Positions 28,978-37,513 of a stretch of 64,000 nt of DNA are shown here, piece by piece (positions within the stretch are counted from its first letter, which is position 1; every line of letters begins with the position of its first letter). This DNA comes from Bacilli bacterium (GTDB taxonomy: Bacteria; Bacillota_I; Bacilli_A; RF39; UBA660), in assembly GCA_031549195.1 (NCBI GenBank), contig JAVBQF010000020.1:17894-81893 (forward strand), read 5' to 3'. Under the pieces are notes generated by a model. That model saw only the letters and a list, made by a program, of their open reading frames with translations. It searched no databases and was not told where the DNA came from. Made by a program: the position numbers and the translations under genes.

Positions 28978-29514
28978 TTAGTCTATATAGTATTTCCATC
29001 CCGGCTTCCAAGATTTTGTCTTTCGCCAATCATTTGCATTTGCTTCTTCCCAAGATATATTTTTGGTTAATACTTCAAATGCTAATTGTGGAGATCTATG
29101 AGCAACAATGGCAATTGTTTTTCCAGAATATTCTTCTTTAATATAATTTATAAAATCAGATATTCTTTTTTCCACATCTTTTAAACTTTCTCCATTAGGA
29201 AATGGGTTATCAATGTGGTCTTCATAGACTACTAAATTTTTAGATCCACCATCGTAATCACCATAATTACATTCTCTTAATCTTTTATCAACTTTCTTAT
29301 CCAATTCTGGCCATGTAAGATTTGAAGAATCAACAGCTCTTTTCAAATCTGAGGTAAATACTACATCAAATTTATAATCTTTTGTAAGTTCTCTTAAATC
29401 CTTTGCTTGTTGAATGCCTAAATCATTTAGTTCAGCATCTTTCCAACCGCTACATATCTCTGCTGCATTATCATGAGTTGTCCCATGCACAAAATAAATT
29501 ATTTTTGTTTTCAT
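28978..29514 (-). CDS. histidine phosphatase (phosphoglycerate-mutase-like) family protein
   Basis: N-terminal IIYFVHGTT.DN (an RHG-like catalytic His) and a downstream AHRSP region. 12-nt gap from the Nudix gene. Confidence 0.55.
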   Translation of the reverse strand: MKTKIIYFVHGTTHDNAAEICSGWKDAELNDLGIQQAKDLRELTKDYKFDVVFTSDLKRAVDSSNLTWPELDKKVDKRLRECNYGDYDGGSKNLVVYEDHIDNPFPNGESLKDVEKRISDFINYIKEEYSGKTIAIVAHRSPQLAFEVLTKNISWEEANANDWRKTKSWKPGWKYYID

Positions 29515-29759
29515 TTTAATAAACTACCTCCATTTACCTTAACGTTCTCACCATTAATAAAATCCGCTTTATCTGATAATACTGATTTAATCATTTTCTT
29601 TTCGTCCCTTCATCTTACTTATTTGCAATTAATTCCTCTTGTATCAATTATACAATATTTTATGCATTATTAGTAGACTTATAGAGAAATTAAGGCAATA
29701 AACTTGATTAATTTCAATAATTGAGCTAACATCACAGACATCAAGAAGGATGTGTAATT

Positions 29760-30080
29760 ATGATTAGAACTAATTTAGAAGATTTTACTGATGAAGAATA
29801 TGAAAATATTTTACTACCATTTGAAAATAACTTTCAAAAATATATTATTAAATATGTATTACCTGAAATAGTTGCTTTTGGTATTGCATCAGGGTACGAA
29901 AGAAATGCTATATGGAGCGGATCATTGAAAATACACTATAACACTATTAAAGATAGAATACCTGTTTATAATGAGGATTATAACTCTACAATTAAGGATG
30001 TTAAAGAATTATTAGAGATAAAATATTCTTTGTTAATTATAAATGATGATCCTTTAGAAATTAAAAAAATACAATATTAG
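29760..30080 (+). CDS. hypothetical protein
   Basis: 106-aa ORF with an AAGGA RBS. Confidence 0.4.
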   Translation: MIRTNLEDFTDEEYENILLPFENNFQKYIIKYVLPEIVAFGIASGYERNAIWSGSLKIHYNTIKDRIPVYNEDYNSTIKDVKELLEIKYSLLIINDDPLEIKKIQY

Positions 30081-30248
30081 ACAATTTTATCATTGATAAA
30101 TATGCTATAAAGACAACAATTAAGTAATTTCTATCAATTTATTGCACTTTTCACATAATTCACACTACATCTGTGTTATAGTGTATTTATAGAATTGTAA
30201 GACGAGCCGTCACGCTTGTCTTTTTCTATGTGTGAAAGGAGGATATAT

Positions 30249-30437
30249 ATGAAAATTACTTTAAGAGCTCTTCGCGTTAATTCTAATTTAACTATTGAAG
30301 AAGCTTCTAAAAAACTTGGTATAGGAAAAGAAACTTTAAGAAATTATGAAAATAATAAAACATCACCAGATCAAAAAATATTAAAAAAGATACTTACCTT
30401 ATATCAAGCCAATTATGATGATGTTGTATTCAATTAA
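30249..30437 (+). CDS. XRE family helix-turn-helix transcriptional regulator
   Basis: LTIEEASKKLGIGKETLRNYENNKTSP is an HTH_XRE. AAAGGAGG RBS before the ATG at 30249; the track start at 30216 lacks an RBS. Confidence 0.65.
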   Translation: MKITLRALRVNSNLTIEEASKKLGIGKETLRNYENNKTSPDQKILKKILTLYQANYDDVVFN

Positions 30438-30510
30438 AAATAGTATTACTGTAGTAAAAATTTTAAAATTCTAATAAATCTTTATTTTATTAGAATTAGA
30501 AAGGACAAAA

Positions 30511-30768
30511 ATGAAAAATACAAAGATGACAGCGAACGAGCTGTTAGATGCAGTAAACTCTCAGTGGGCAACTACTCGAGATATTATGTTAATAGGTGCA
30601 GTTGGAATAAATAAAGCCAGACAAATTAGAAACGTCATAGAACGTGAGATAAATGAGTCTGGTTTTAGTTTGCCTAAAAGATTTGTTCCTATGGAAAAAG
30701 TAATTGAGTATTTTAAAATAGATATTAAATTTTTAAAGAAAGTTGCCAATTATAGCAAGAGGGATTAA
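30511..30768 (+). CDS. small putative DNA-binding (excisionase/HTH-like) protein
   Basis: TANELLDAVNSQWATTRDIMLIGAVGINKARQIRN is HTH-like. In frame with the next ORF across a single TAA. Confidence 0.35.
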   Translation: MKNTKMTANELLDAVNSQWATTRDIMLIGAVGINKARQIRNVIEREINESGFSLPKRFVPMEKVIEYFKIDIKFLKKVANYSKRD

Positions 30769-30858
30769 CTATGGCAAAAAAAGAAAAATAAGTACGTACC
30801 TAGATCATTTGAGAGTACAGGCATATCAAGTGATACTTCTGCTAATATTTATGAAAGT

Positions 30859-31230
30859 ATGCTTTTAAGTCCTGCTTGGCAAGATTTAACTAAAGGACAA
30901 CAAATATTATATTTTTATTGTAAATCTCAATACTATAGTGAGAAAACATATCAACTTAAACAAAAGGATCAGAACAACGAGGTATTTACAATGAATAGAT
31001 ATAAATGGTGTACTAAATATAAAATATATTCTAGCTCTAATTCTGGGCAGTTTTATAAAGATATGGAAGCACTAATTATGCATGGCTTTGTTAAGTGTGT
31101 ATTAATTGGTGCTTTAGCTAGAGTAAAGAACATTTATGCTTATAGTGATAAGTGGAAAATATGGGGTACTGACAAGTTTGAAATAACAAGAGATGAAATG
31201 ACGTATCGTTTGATTAAGAAAATAAAATAA
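30859..31230 (+). CDS. hypothetical protein (possibly the C-terminal part of a gene split by the TAA at 30766-30768)
   Basis: Same frame as 30511-30768. The 30 intervening codons contain no further stop. Confidence 0.35.
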   Translation: MLLSPAWQDLTKGQQILYFYCKSQYYSEKTYQLKQKDQNNEVFTMNRYKWCTKYKIYSSSNSGQFYKDMEALIMHGFVKCVLIGALARVKNIYAYSDKWKIWGTDKFEITRDEMTYRLIKKIK

Positions 31231-31634
31231 TATTTTCGCTATATGATTATTCAAACAAGTTTTAAGTTAATCTTGTATGTTTTTTTAAACAAGTTTATAA
31301 AATATTAAATTTAACTTATATGATAATTCATACAACTGTATATAATTATTAGTTATTTGCTTGTATGAAATTTCAAACAGATTATATAAATATATACCAT
31401 ATATTAAATAAAAATTTAATTAGCTCCCCCCTATATCATTATTATTAAAAATAATTAATCTCACGACCTACCCGTCCAATACATTCACACAAATTATTAT
31501 TTTACATGGGTTTTTTGGAAAATATAAAAAGATTAAAATAAGCAAAAATGACTTGATTAATGTAGTCTTTAACGGTAACATCACTCATAGTGACATGTAC
31601 CAAACATCAATTAATAGAAAGAAAGGTGATTATT

Positions 31635-32744
31635 ATGGCTATTTTTAAAGCCAAAGATAAAACAAAAGATGGTAAGCAGTGGTTTTTTAGAGTAAGATAT
31701 TTGGATCTATCTGGAAAACGAACTCAATATAAATCCAAAAAGTTTTTTAGTAGAAAAGAAGCTCAAGATGAAGAAGTAAAATTTAAATATAGTTTAAATC
31801 AAAAAGAAGCAACAAGTGATATGAATTTTAAAGAACTTATTGGTGTATTTATGGATTATAAAAAAGACAAAGTTAAGGCAACTACTTTTAAAGGATACAA
31901 AAATAATAAAAGATTATTAGAATCATTAGACGCAGTTAAATTAAAAGATTTCTCAATTCAACATTTTGAAGCTTGGAAGAAAGAAATTATTTCCAGAAAT
32001 ATTTCCACTGCTTATAAAAATGATGTTTATAAATATTTAAAACAATTACTTAATTATGCATCTAAATGGTATGATTTTAATTTTAAAAGTGTTTATGCAA
32101 AAATGACTAATTTTACTAATACAAATGAAAGAAAAAAAGAAATGTTATTTTTCACTTATGAAGAGTTTCAGAGGTTTATAGCTGTAGAAAATGATCTACG
32201 ATATAGATGCCTATATGAAACTCTTTATTATTGTGGTTTAAGACGTGGTGAGGCTAGAGGTTTAACTTGGGCTGATATAAACTTTAATAAAAGAACATTA
32301 TCTGTTAACAAACAAGTATGTTCCCTTCATAGAAGCGATATGTTTGAATTTAGCGATCCTAAAACTAAAAGTAGTAATAGAACTATACCTTTACCCAAAG
32401 TCCTTTGTGACGACCTTTTAGCCCTATTTGAGGATACTAAAAAGCAATATGGATTCAATGATAAGTATTTCGTATTCTGTAATGCTTATCCAATTGGTAA
32501 TAGTACCATGTTAGATCATAAAAATATAAATTGTGAACTAGCAGGATTACATCAAATAAGGCTCCATGATTTTAGACATAGCTGTGCTAGTTTATTAATC
32601 AATAATGGTACTAATATAACAATAGTAGCAAGATATTTAGGACATACAAAAATAGATGAGACTTTAAATACTTATTCCCATCTATTTACTAATGCTATGG
32701 ATGATGTTGTTAATGTTATAGATAATTTACAATGTCGATACTAA
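31635..32744 (+). CDS. int: tyrosine-type site-specific integrase with an N-terminal AP2-like arm-binding domain
   Basis: C-terminal catalytic region RLHDFRHSCASLLINNGTNITIVARYLGHTKIDETLNTYSHL (R..H..R...Y). N-terminal KDGKQWFFRVRY arm-type fold. AGAAAGGTG RBS before the ATG at 31635. Confidence 0.85.
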   Translation: MAIFKAKDKTKDGKQWFFRVRYLDLSGKRTQYKSKKFFSRKEAQDEEVKFKYSLNQKEATSDMNFKELIGVFMDYKKDKVKATTFKGYKNNKRLLESLDAVKLKDFSIQHFEAWKKEIISRNISTAYKNDVYKYLKQLLNYASKWYDFNFKSVYAKMTNFTNTNERKKEMLFFTYEEFQRFIAVENDLRYRCLYETLYYCGLRRGEARGLTWADINFNKRTLSVNKQVCSLHRSDMFEFSDPKTKSSNRTIPLPKVLCDDLLALFEDTKKQYGFNDKYFVFCNAYPIGNSTMLDHKNINCELAGLHQIRLHDFRHSCASLLINNGTNITIVARYLGHTKIDETLNTYSHLFTNAMDDVVNVIDNLQCRY

Positions 32745-34092
32745 TATATGGTTCATTATCAATTATTTTGGTTAATAAACTTGTTTTAAAATTTAACTTC
32801 AATAATATTTCTTTTATAATTATCAATTCCATTAATAGAGAATATTTTAAAAGAGAGTCAATTCTAATAACATCATTTTTCTCTTCTAAATGGGTATAAT
32901 AATTCCTGGTATTTCTAATAGCATTATATCCATCTTTAGTATCATTTTTAATTATATCTAAATCTGCCTTATTAAAATATTTATCAATTTTTTTATTAGT
33001 ATCTAGTTTTTTAATCTTTTCATCAAAAGAAACTCTTTCTAAATAATTTATAATTGAATTTTCAGAAAATTTTTTAATATGTTTTTTATTAATTCCATGA
33101 ATATTTAAAATATTAGTTAGCTCAGCTTTATGATTATGATAAAAGTAATTTAGGTCTGTTTTTAATGCATCAAGATTCTTTTTATCATCTCTATACTGTA
33201 TATCATATAGATTCTCTAATACTTTACTTATTTGCAAGAATCTTTCTTCAATTAAAATTGTTTTTTCAGAAATAAAATAAAAGTTCAACACATTTTGGTA
33301 ACTCGGATCATGATACATTTTCATCCAAAATCTAAAAAAATATTCTAGTTTATCTTTTATATCATCACATTTAATTCTAAAGCTATTAATATATGCCTTT
33401 CTTAATGAAGAGTTAATTTGAAAGTGGAAATTAGAATAAAGTATAAATTCACTAAAAGGCTCAAATTTAGGAAGTTTCCACTTACATTTAATGTTTTTAA
33501 TCTCTGGTGCATATCCAAATAGTAATGAGAAAAATCTGTTTATCATTCTAATAGTTTGAATAACTTTTTTTCTACTCTGGGGGTTAGAGAATTTAACTAC
33601 AATAATTGGCTTATTATTTATCATCTTTAAATTGGTAGAATTAGCAACATCTTTTAATCCTGAGTTTTCTATTCTAATAAATATTTTCATATCTTTATCA
33701 TTTATTAAGATAATTTCAGAGAAAACATTACATTCTATTATGTTTTCTTTTACACTGAAATACTTTTCACATATCCATATATCCAAATCATCTAATTCAT
33801 AACTACAACTGACTATATTATCAATTTTTTTATTTTGATCATTGTTTGGTAATTTTAAAAACATTTCATCATTAACTGCATACTCACACCTGTATTTAAA
33901 AAAGCCAGGTCCATGATCAATTAATCTGGTGTTGTATAAAACTACTTCGCCATTATTAGTATCACCACTTATTATTTTGCAATTCTCTAATCCGGATTTA
34001 TGAATGGTAAGTGTAATATCATTGTTATCATCAATAGAACATGTCCCTACCATTTTCTTATTATTAATATTCCAAGTTCCTTTAAATTCCAT
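32716..34092 (-). CDS. Abi-like protein with a C-terminal HEPN Rx4-6H motif
   Basis: 458 aa. AIRNTRNYYTHLEE contains an R-x4-H HEPN-type motif in the C-terminal helical domain. Convergent with int, overlapping by 29 nt. Confidence 0.5.
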   Translation of the reverse strand: MEFKGTWNINNKKMVGTCSIDDNNDITLTIHKSGLENCKIISGDTNNGEVVLYNTRLIDHGPGFFKYRCEYAVNDEMFLKLPNNDQNKKIDNIVSCSYELDDLDIWICEKYFSVKENIIECNVFSEIILINDKDMKIFIRIENSGLKDVANSTNLKMINNKPIIVVKFSNPQSRKKVIQTIRMINRFFSLLFGYAPEIKNIKCKWKLPKFEPFSEFILYSNFHFQINSSLRKAYINSFRIKCDDIKDKLEYFFRFWMKMYHDPSYQNVLNFYFISEKTILIEERFLQISKVLENLYDIQYRDDKKNLDALKTDLNYFYHNHKAELTNILNIHGINKKHIKKFSENSIINYLERVSFDEKIKKLDTNKKIDKYFNKADLDIIKNDTKDGYNAIRNTRNYYTHLEEKNDVIRIDSLLKYSLLMELIIIKEILLKLNFKTSLLTKIIDNEPYISIDIVNYL

Positions 34093-34146
34093 ATTTTCAC
34101 CTCTTTTATTTCACTAATTATACCACTTTTGTGGATTAATTTATTG

Positions 34147-34173
34147 TATTGGTACCTAAATGGTACCTAAAAT
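34147..34173. repeat. 27-bp direct repeat TATTGGTACCTAAATGGTACCTAAAAT, right copy (attR-like)
   Basis: Identical to 28519-28545. Confidence 0.65.
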
Positions 34174-34225
34174 ATAATTGTTGTTTCCCCAATGCCCATT
34201 ATTCCTTTATATTACGGGAAATCAC

Positions 34226-34259
34226 AAAAAAAGTGGAGCCTTTCGGCTCCTTCAGGGGG
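34226..34259 (-). terminator. recG intrinsic terminator, compensatory variant of the repeated hairpin module (copy 4)
   Basis: Minus strand CCCCCTGAA-GGAGCC-GAAA-GGCTCC-ACTTTTTTTG. The flank and loop match copies 1-3, but the stem has changed from GAGAGC/GCTCTC to GGAGCC/GGCTCC. Confidence 0.6.
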
Positions 34260-34396
34260 TTTTGGTTGAATACACTCTCACATTATATTACCGTAAGAGC
34301 GATTACATAATGATTTATCATTATGCATACTAATCATAATATGTAATAATCTAAAAGTCAATTGATTTTATAATTATTTTTTGCCTTTACAATACA

Positions 34397-36391
34397 TTAA
34401 TTGGTGTTTATTGAAGACATAAGTCTCTTCTTAATTGGATCCTGATCATATGACTCATCTTCTAGATATTGCATTGAATCGTTCTTAGCTTGTACCAATA
34501 TTTTATAGTCACTTCTAAGATTTGCAATCTTAAACTCCATGTCTCCACTTTGCTTAGTTCCAAACAAGTCTCCTGACCCTCTCAATTTAAAATCTTCCTC
34601 ACTTATTATAAATCCATCATTAGTTGATTCCATTATTTCTAATCTTTTTGTATCACTATCACTTATTAAGATACATTTAGATTCAAGTGAATTTCTACCA
34701 ACTCTTCCCCTTAACTGGTGAAGTGTAGAAAGTCCAAATCTATTTGCATCAAATATTATCATCATAGTGGCATTTGGAACGTCTACTCCGACTTCAATTA
34801 CAGTTGTACTTATAAGTATGTTTACACTATTTTGCTTAAACTCAGCCATAATTAGGTCTTTTTCTTCGCTTTTTTGTTTCCCGTGAACAATATTTATCTT
34901 ATATTTATTTCCAAATATCAAGTTCATCTTATCTCTTAATGTATAAACATTAGTTAAATCAATTTCTTCACTTTCTTCTATCAATGGTGCGATAATATAT
35001 ATTTGATGACCATTACTTAATTCTTCATTCATCATTGTATATACTTCTTTCATTTGCTTTGTATCTTTTACATATGTCTTAATTGGTTTTCTACCTTTAG
35101 GCATCTCTTTAATTATTGAAACATCCATATCACCATAAATAGTTAGGGCATAAGTTCTCGGTATTGGTGTTGCACTCATATATAGAACATCTGGCGTTAT
35201 TCCTTTATTCTTTAAATTAGATCTTTGATTAACTCCAAATCTATGTTGCTCATCTGTTACAACTAGTCCTAGATTTGCATATTCAACTTCATCTTGTATT
35301 AAAGCATGTGTACCAATAATAATATTTGTTTTACCTTCTTTTAAATCTTTATATATAACTGCTTTATCTTTCTTACTAATTGATCCGATTAACAACTCAA
35401 TATTTACATCTACATCTTTAAATAGAGCTTTAATATTATTGTAATGTTGTATAGCTAATATTTCTGTGGGTGCCATTAGAGCACTTTGATATCCTGATAA
35501 GTGGTTATAATACATTGCGAGTATTGCAACAATTGTCTTACCACTTCCTACATCTCCTTGAAGTAATCTATTCATTCTTCTAGAACTTTTCATATCTCTT
35601 ATTATCTCTTCAATAGTGTTTATTTGATCGTTTGTAAGTTCATATGGTAATTTTTCAACAAATTTATCCAACTCTTTTTTATCTGCTTCTCTTTTTACTC
35701 CTAAGTTGTGTTTACTATTTTCTTTTTTTAGAAAGTTTATTTTAAACATAAATTCAAATAACTCTTCATATTTAAGTCTAATACTAACTTCTTTTAATTT
35801 TTCATATGAAGGTGGATTATGCACTATATTTAGAGCCGTCTTTTTGTTAGAGAAATTGTACTTATCTAGTAAGTATCTTGGTATTGAATCATTTATTTCA
35901 TTTCCATATGTCATTAAAGCGTTGTTTATAATACCTGCCAATATTTTTTGTGATAGTCCATTTGTTGTATGATAAACTGCTTCTATTTTTTCTTCTTTTG
36001 TTAACACACCAAATTTTATATCGCTCGCGCTTATAATATTTTTTGATTGATCATACTTACCAATGACAATTATTTTTGTTCCAATTCCTAGACTCTGTTT
36101 TAAAAATGCCCTTCCAAATATTGAAACCCCAACAACACCATTGGCTGTGGATAATCTAAAGTTAAGTTTGTTTGCTCCACCCTTAAACCTAAGTACAAGT
36201 GGTATGCTCTCAACTTTACCATCTATAACTATTTTATCTTCAGGTCCAGCGATCTTTAAATCACTTCTTCTTAATACATCATACCTAAATGGATAATGTG
36301 AAACTAAATCATTTATATCCATAATACCAAGTTTATTTAGCAGTGGTTCCGTCTTTGGACCTATTCCTTTTACTTTAGATAATTTATCCAC
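34397..36391 (-). CDS. recG: ATP-dependent DNA helicase RecG
   Basis: N-terminal wedge/OB domain, helicase motifs GDVGSGKT, DEQHRFG and a QLRGRVGR motif VI. Typical length. Confidence 0.9.
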   Translation of the reverse strand: MDKLSKVKGIGPKTEPLLNKLGIMDINDLVSHYPFRYDVLRRSDLKIAGPEDKIVIDGKVESIPLVLRFKGGANKLNFRLSTANGVVGVSIFGRAFLKQSLGIGTKIIVIGKYDQSKNIISASDIKFGVLTKEEKIEAVYHTTNGLSQKILAGIINNALMTYGNEINDSIPRYLLDKYNFSNKKTALNIVHNPPSYEKLKEVSIRLKYEELFEFMFKINFLKKENSKHNLGVKREADKKELDKFVEKLPYELTNDQINTIEEIIRDMKSSRRMNRLLQGDVGSGKTIVAILAMYYNHLSGYQSALMAPTEILAIQHYNNIKALFKDVDVNIELLIGSISKKDKAVIYKDLKEGKTNIIIGTHALIQDEVEYANLGLVVTDEQHRFGVNQRSNLKNKGITPDVLYMSATPIPRTYALTIYGDMDVSIIKEMPKGRKPIKTYVKDTKQMKEVYTMMNEELSNGHQIYIIAPLIEESEEIDLTNVYTLRDKMNLIFGNKYKINIVHGKQKSEEKDLIMAEFKQNSVNILISTTVIEVGVDVPNATMMIIFDANRFGLSTLHQLRGRVGRNSLESKCILISDSDTKRLEIMESTNDGFIISEEDFKLRGSGDLFGTKQSGDMEFKIANLRSDYKILVQAKNDSMQYLEDESYDQDPIKKRLMSSINTN

Positions 36392-36549
36392 ACAACCACT
36401 TCCTTTATGGAGGCTATTATAGCATATTTCTTAAATTTTTAAAATAGTTTTCAACATTATTTTTAAATTTTTAATTATAAAAACAAATGTTAAATTACAT
36501 AATTATTGATGTATAGCATTTATTATTGTAATATAATTATGGTGATATT

Positions 36550-37314
36550 ATGATATTTAAAAGAAAAACTGAACTTGATACAGCTGAGAAAATATTGACA
36601 AGATGCATTGCTGAAGGAAAAAAAGGCTTTGAACTTGATTATGCGAAAGAGAACTATCTGTCATTACTTGAAGAAAGAGATGATCAACAGTGGGAAGATG
36701 AGCATACTTATTCAAATGATATTAAAGAAATCGAAGGATTTTATGCTGATAGAGGAGTTATTAAAAGAGCATTTGATGACGTTTCTGTTACAGATATAAA
36801 GGGATTTCAGTTTGAGCTTAATGGGCAAGCTGTAGATATACCTGGTCCTGGAGCCCAACTAAAAGTTGTATATAAAAGTGTTGCTGATCTTTTGGCAGAG
36901 AAGGATTCTCTTCTTTCATTAGTAGATGGAGATTATAGAGATTTCTTTTTATCAGAAGATGAACATTTACTGCAACAACAACAAGTAACAAATGTGTTCC
37001 TTCACTATTTAAGAGCTTTAGCAGTTCGGCTTTCAAATGATGCTAGTAGTATTAGTATAAGTAACCAAGAAATTGAATTAACTAAAGATTTCTATAATAA
37101 GAGAAATGAATATAGAAGCTTAGTTGATAATGAAAAAAAGCAAATATTTCCAGCTTTACAGGCTTCTTCAACAGCATTACTAGATATACGAAATAGTGCT
37201 ATCAATCAAATATGTAGTACTTATGGTGGTGGAGAATTTGCTGATAGTCAATCTTTATCTGTAACTACTTCCAAGCCTCCAAGAGTGTCATTGGAAAATA
37301 CACCTTTAAAATAA
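36550..37314 (+). CDS. hypothetical protein with atypical (more G/C-ending) codon usage
   Basis: 254-aa ORF. Visibly richer in CTG/CAG/GCC codons than its neighbours. No recognisable motif. Confidence 0.4.
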   Translation: MIFKRKTELDTAEKILTRCIAEGKKGFELDYAKENYLSLLEERDDQQWEDEHTYSNDIKEIEGFYADRGVIKRAFDDVSVTDIKGFQFELNGQAVDIPGPGAQLKVVYKSVADLLAEKDSLLSLVDGDYRDFFLSEDEHLLQQQQVTNVFLHYLRALAVRLSNDASSISISNQEIELTKDFYNKRNEYRSLVDNEKKQIFPALQASSTALLDIRNSAINQICSTYGGGEFADSQSLSVTTSKPPRVSLENTPLK

Positions 37315-37336
37315 GTAAAAATATTTTATTTTAATG

Positions 37337-37512
37337 TTGACAAAAAAGGTGTTTGCGGTTATTATATAAAGCACCAATTCGAAATTGGCGAATTGGTCGC
37401 TAGTATCACACTAGCCAACCCCTTTTTATTCTTTTTAAGAGGTTCTTGTCTCAGGGGGTAAGAACCTCTATATATGAAAATAAAACAACTATACAATTTA
37501 TATAGTTGTTTT
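37337..37512 (+). ncRNA. candidate small RNA: consensus promoter, structured ~140-nt transcript, terminator
   Basis: TTGACA-17 nt-TATTAT. Mutually exclusive hairpins CCAATTCG/CGAATTGG versus CCAATT/AATTGG, an 11-bp stem AAGAGGTTCTT/AAGAACCTCTT, then AAAACAACTATA-loop-TATAGTTGTTTTTTT. Confidence 0.25.
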
Positions 37513-37513
37513 T

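Noticed and set aside
29515-29600. Possible longer N-terminal extension of the histidine phosphatase from an upstream ATG.
   Set aside because: The upstream ATG is 80 nt away, which is out of frame. The GGAGG RBS supports the annotated start.
19725-34259. Interpreting the repeated hairpin modules as IS200/IS605-type transposon ends or integron attC sites.
   Set aside because: No tnpA/tnpB or integron integrase (intI) is nearby. On the minus strand each hairpin is followed by a T-run and sits downstream of an operon, so an intrinsic-terminator role explains them. The conserved flank is still flagged as unexplained.
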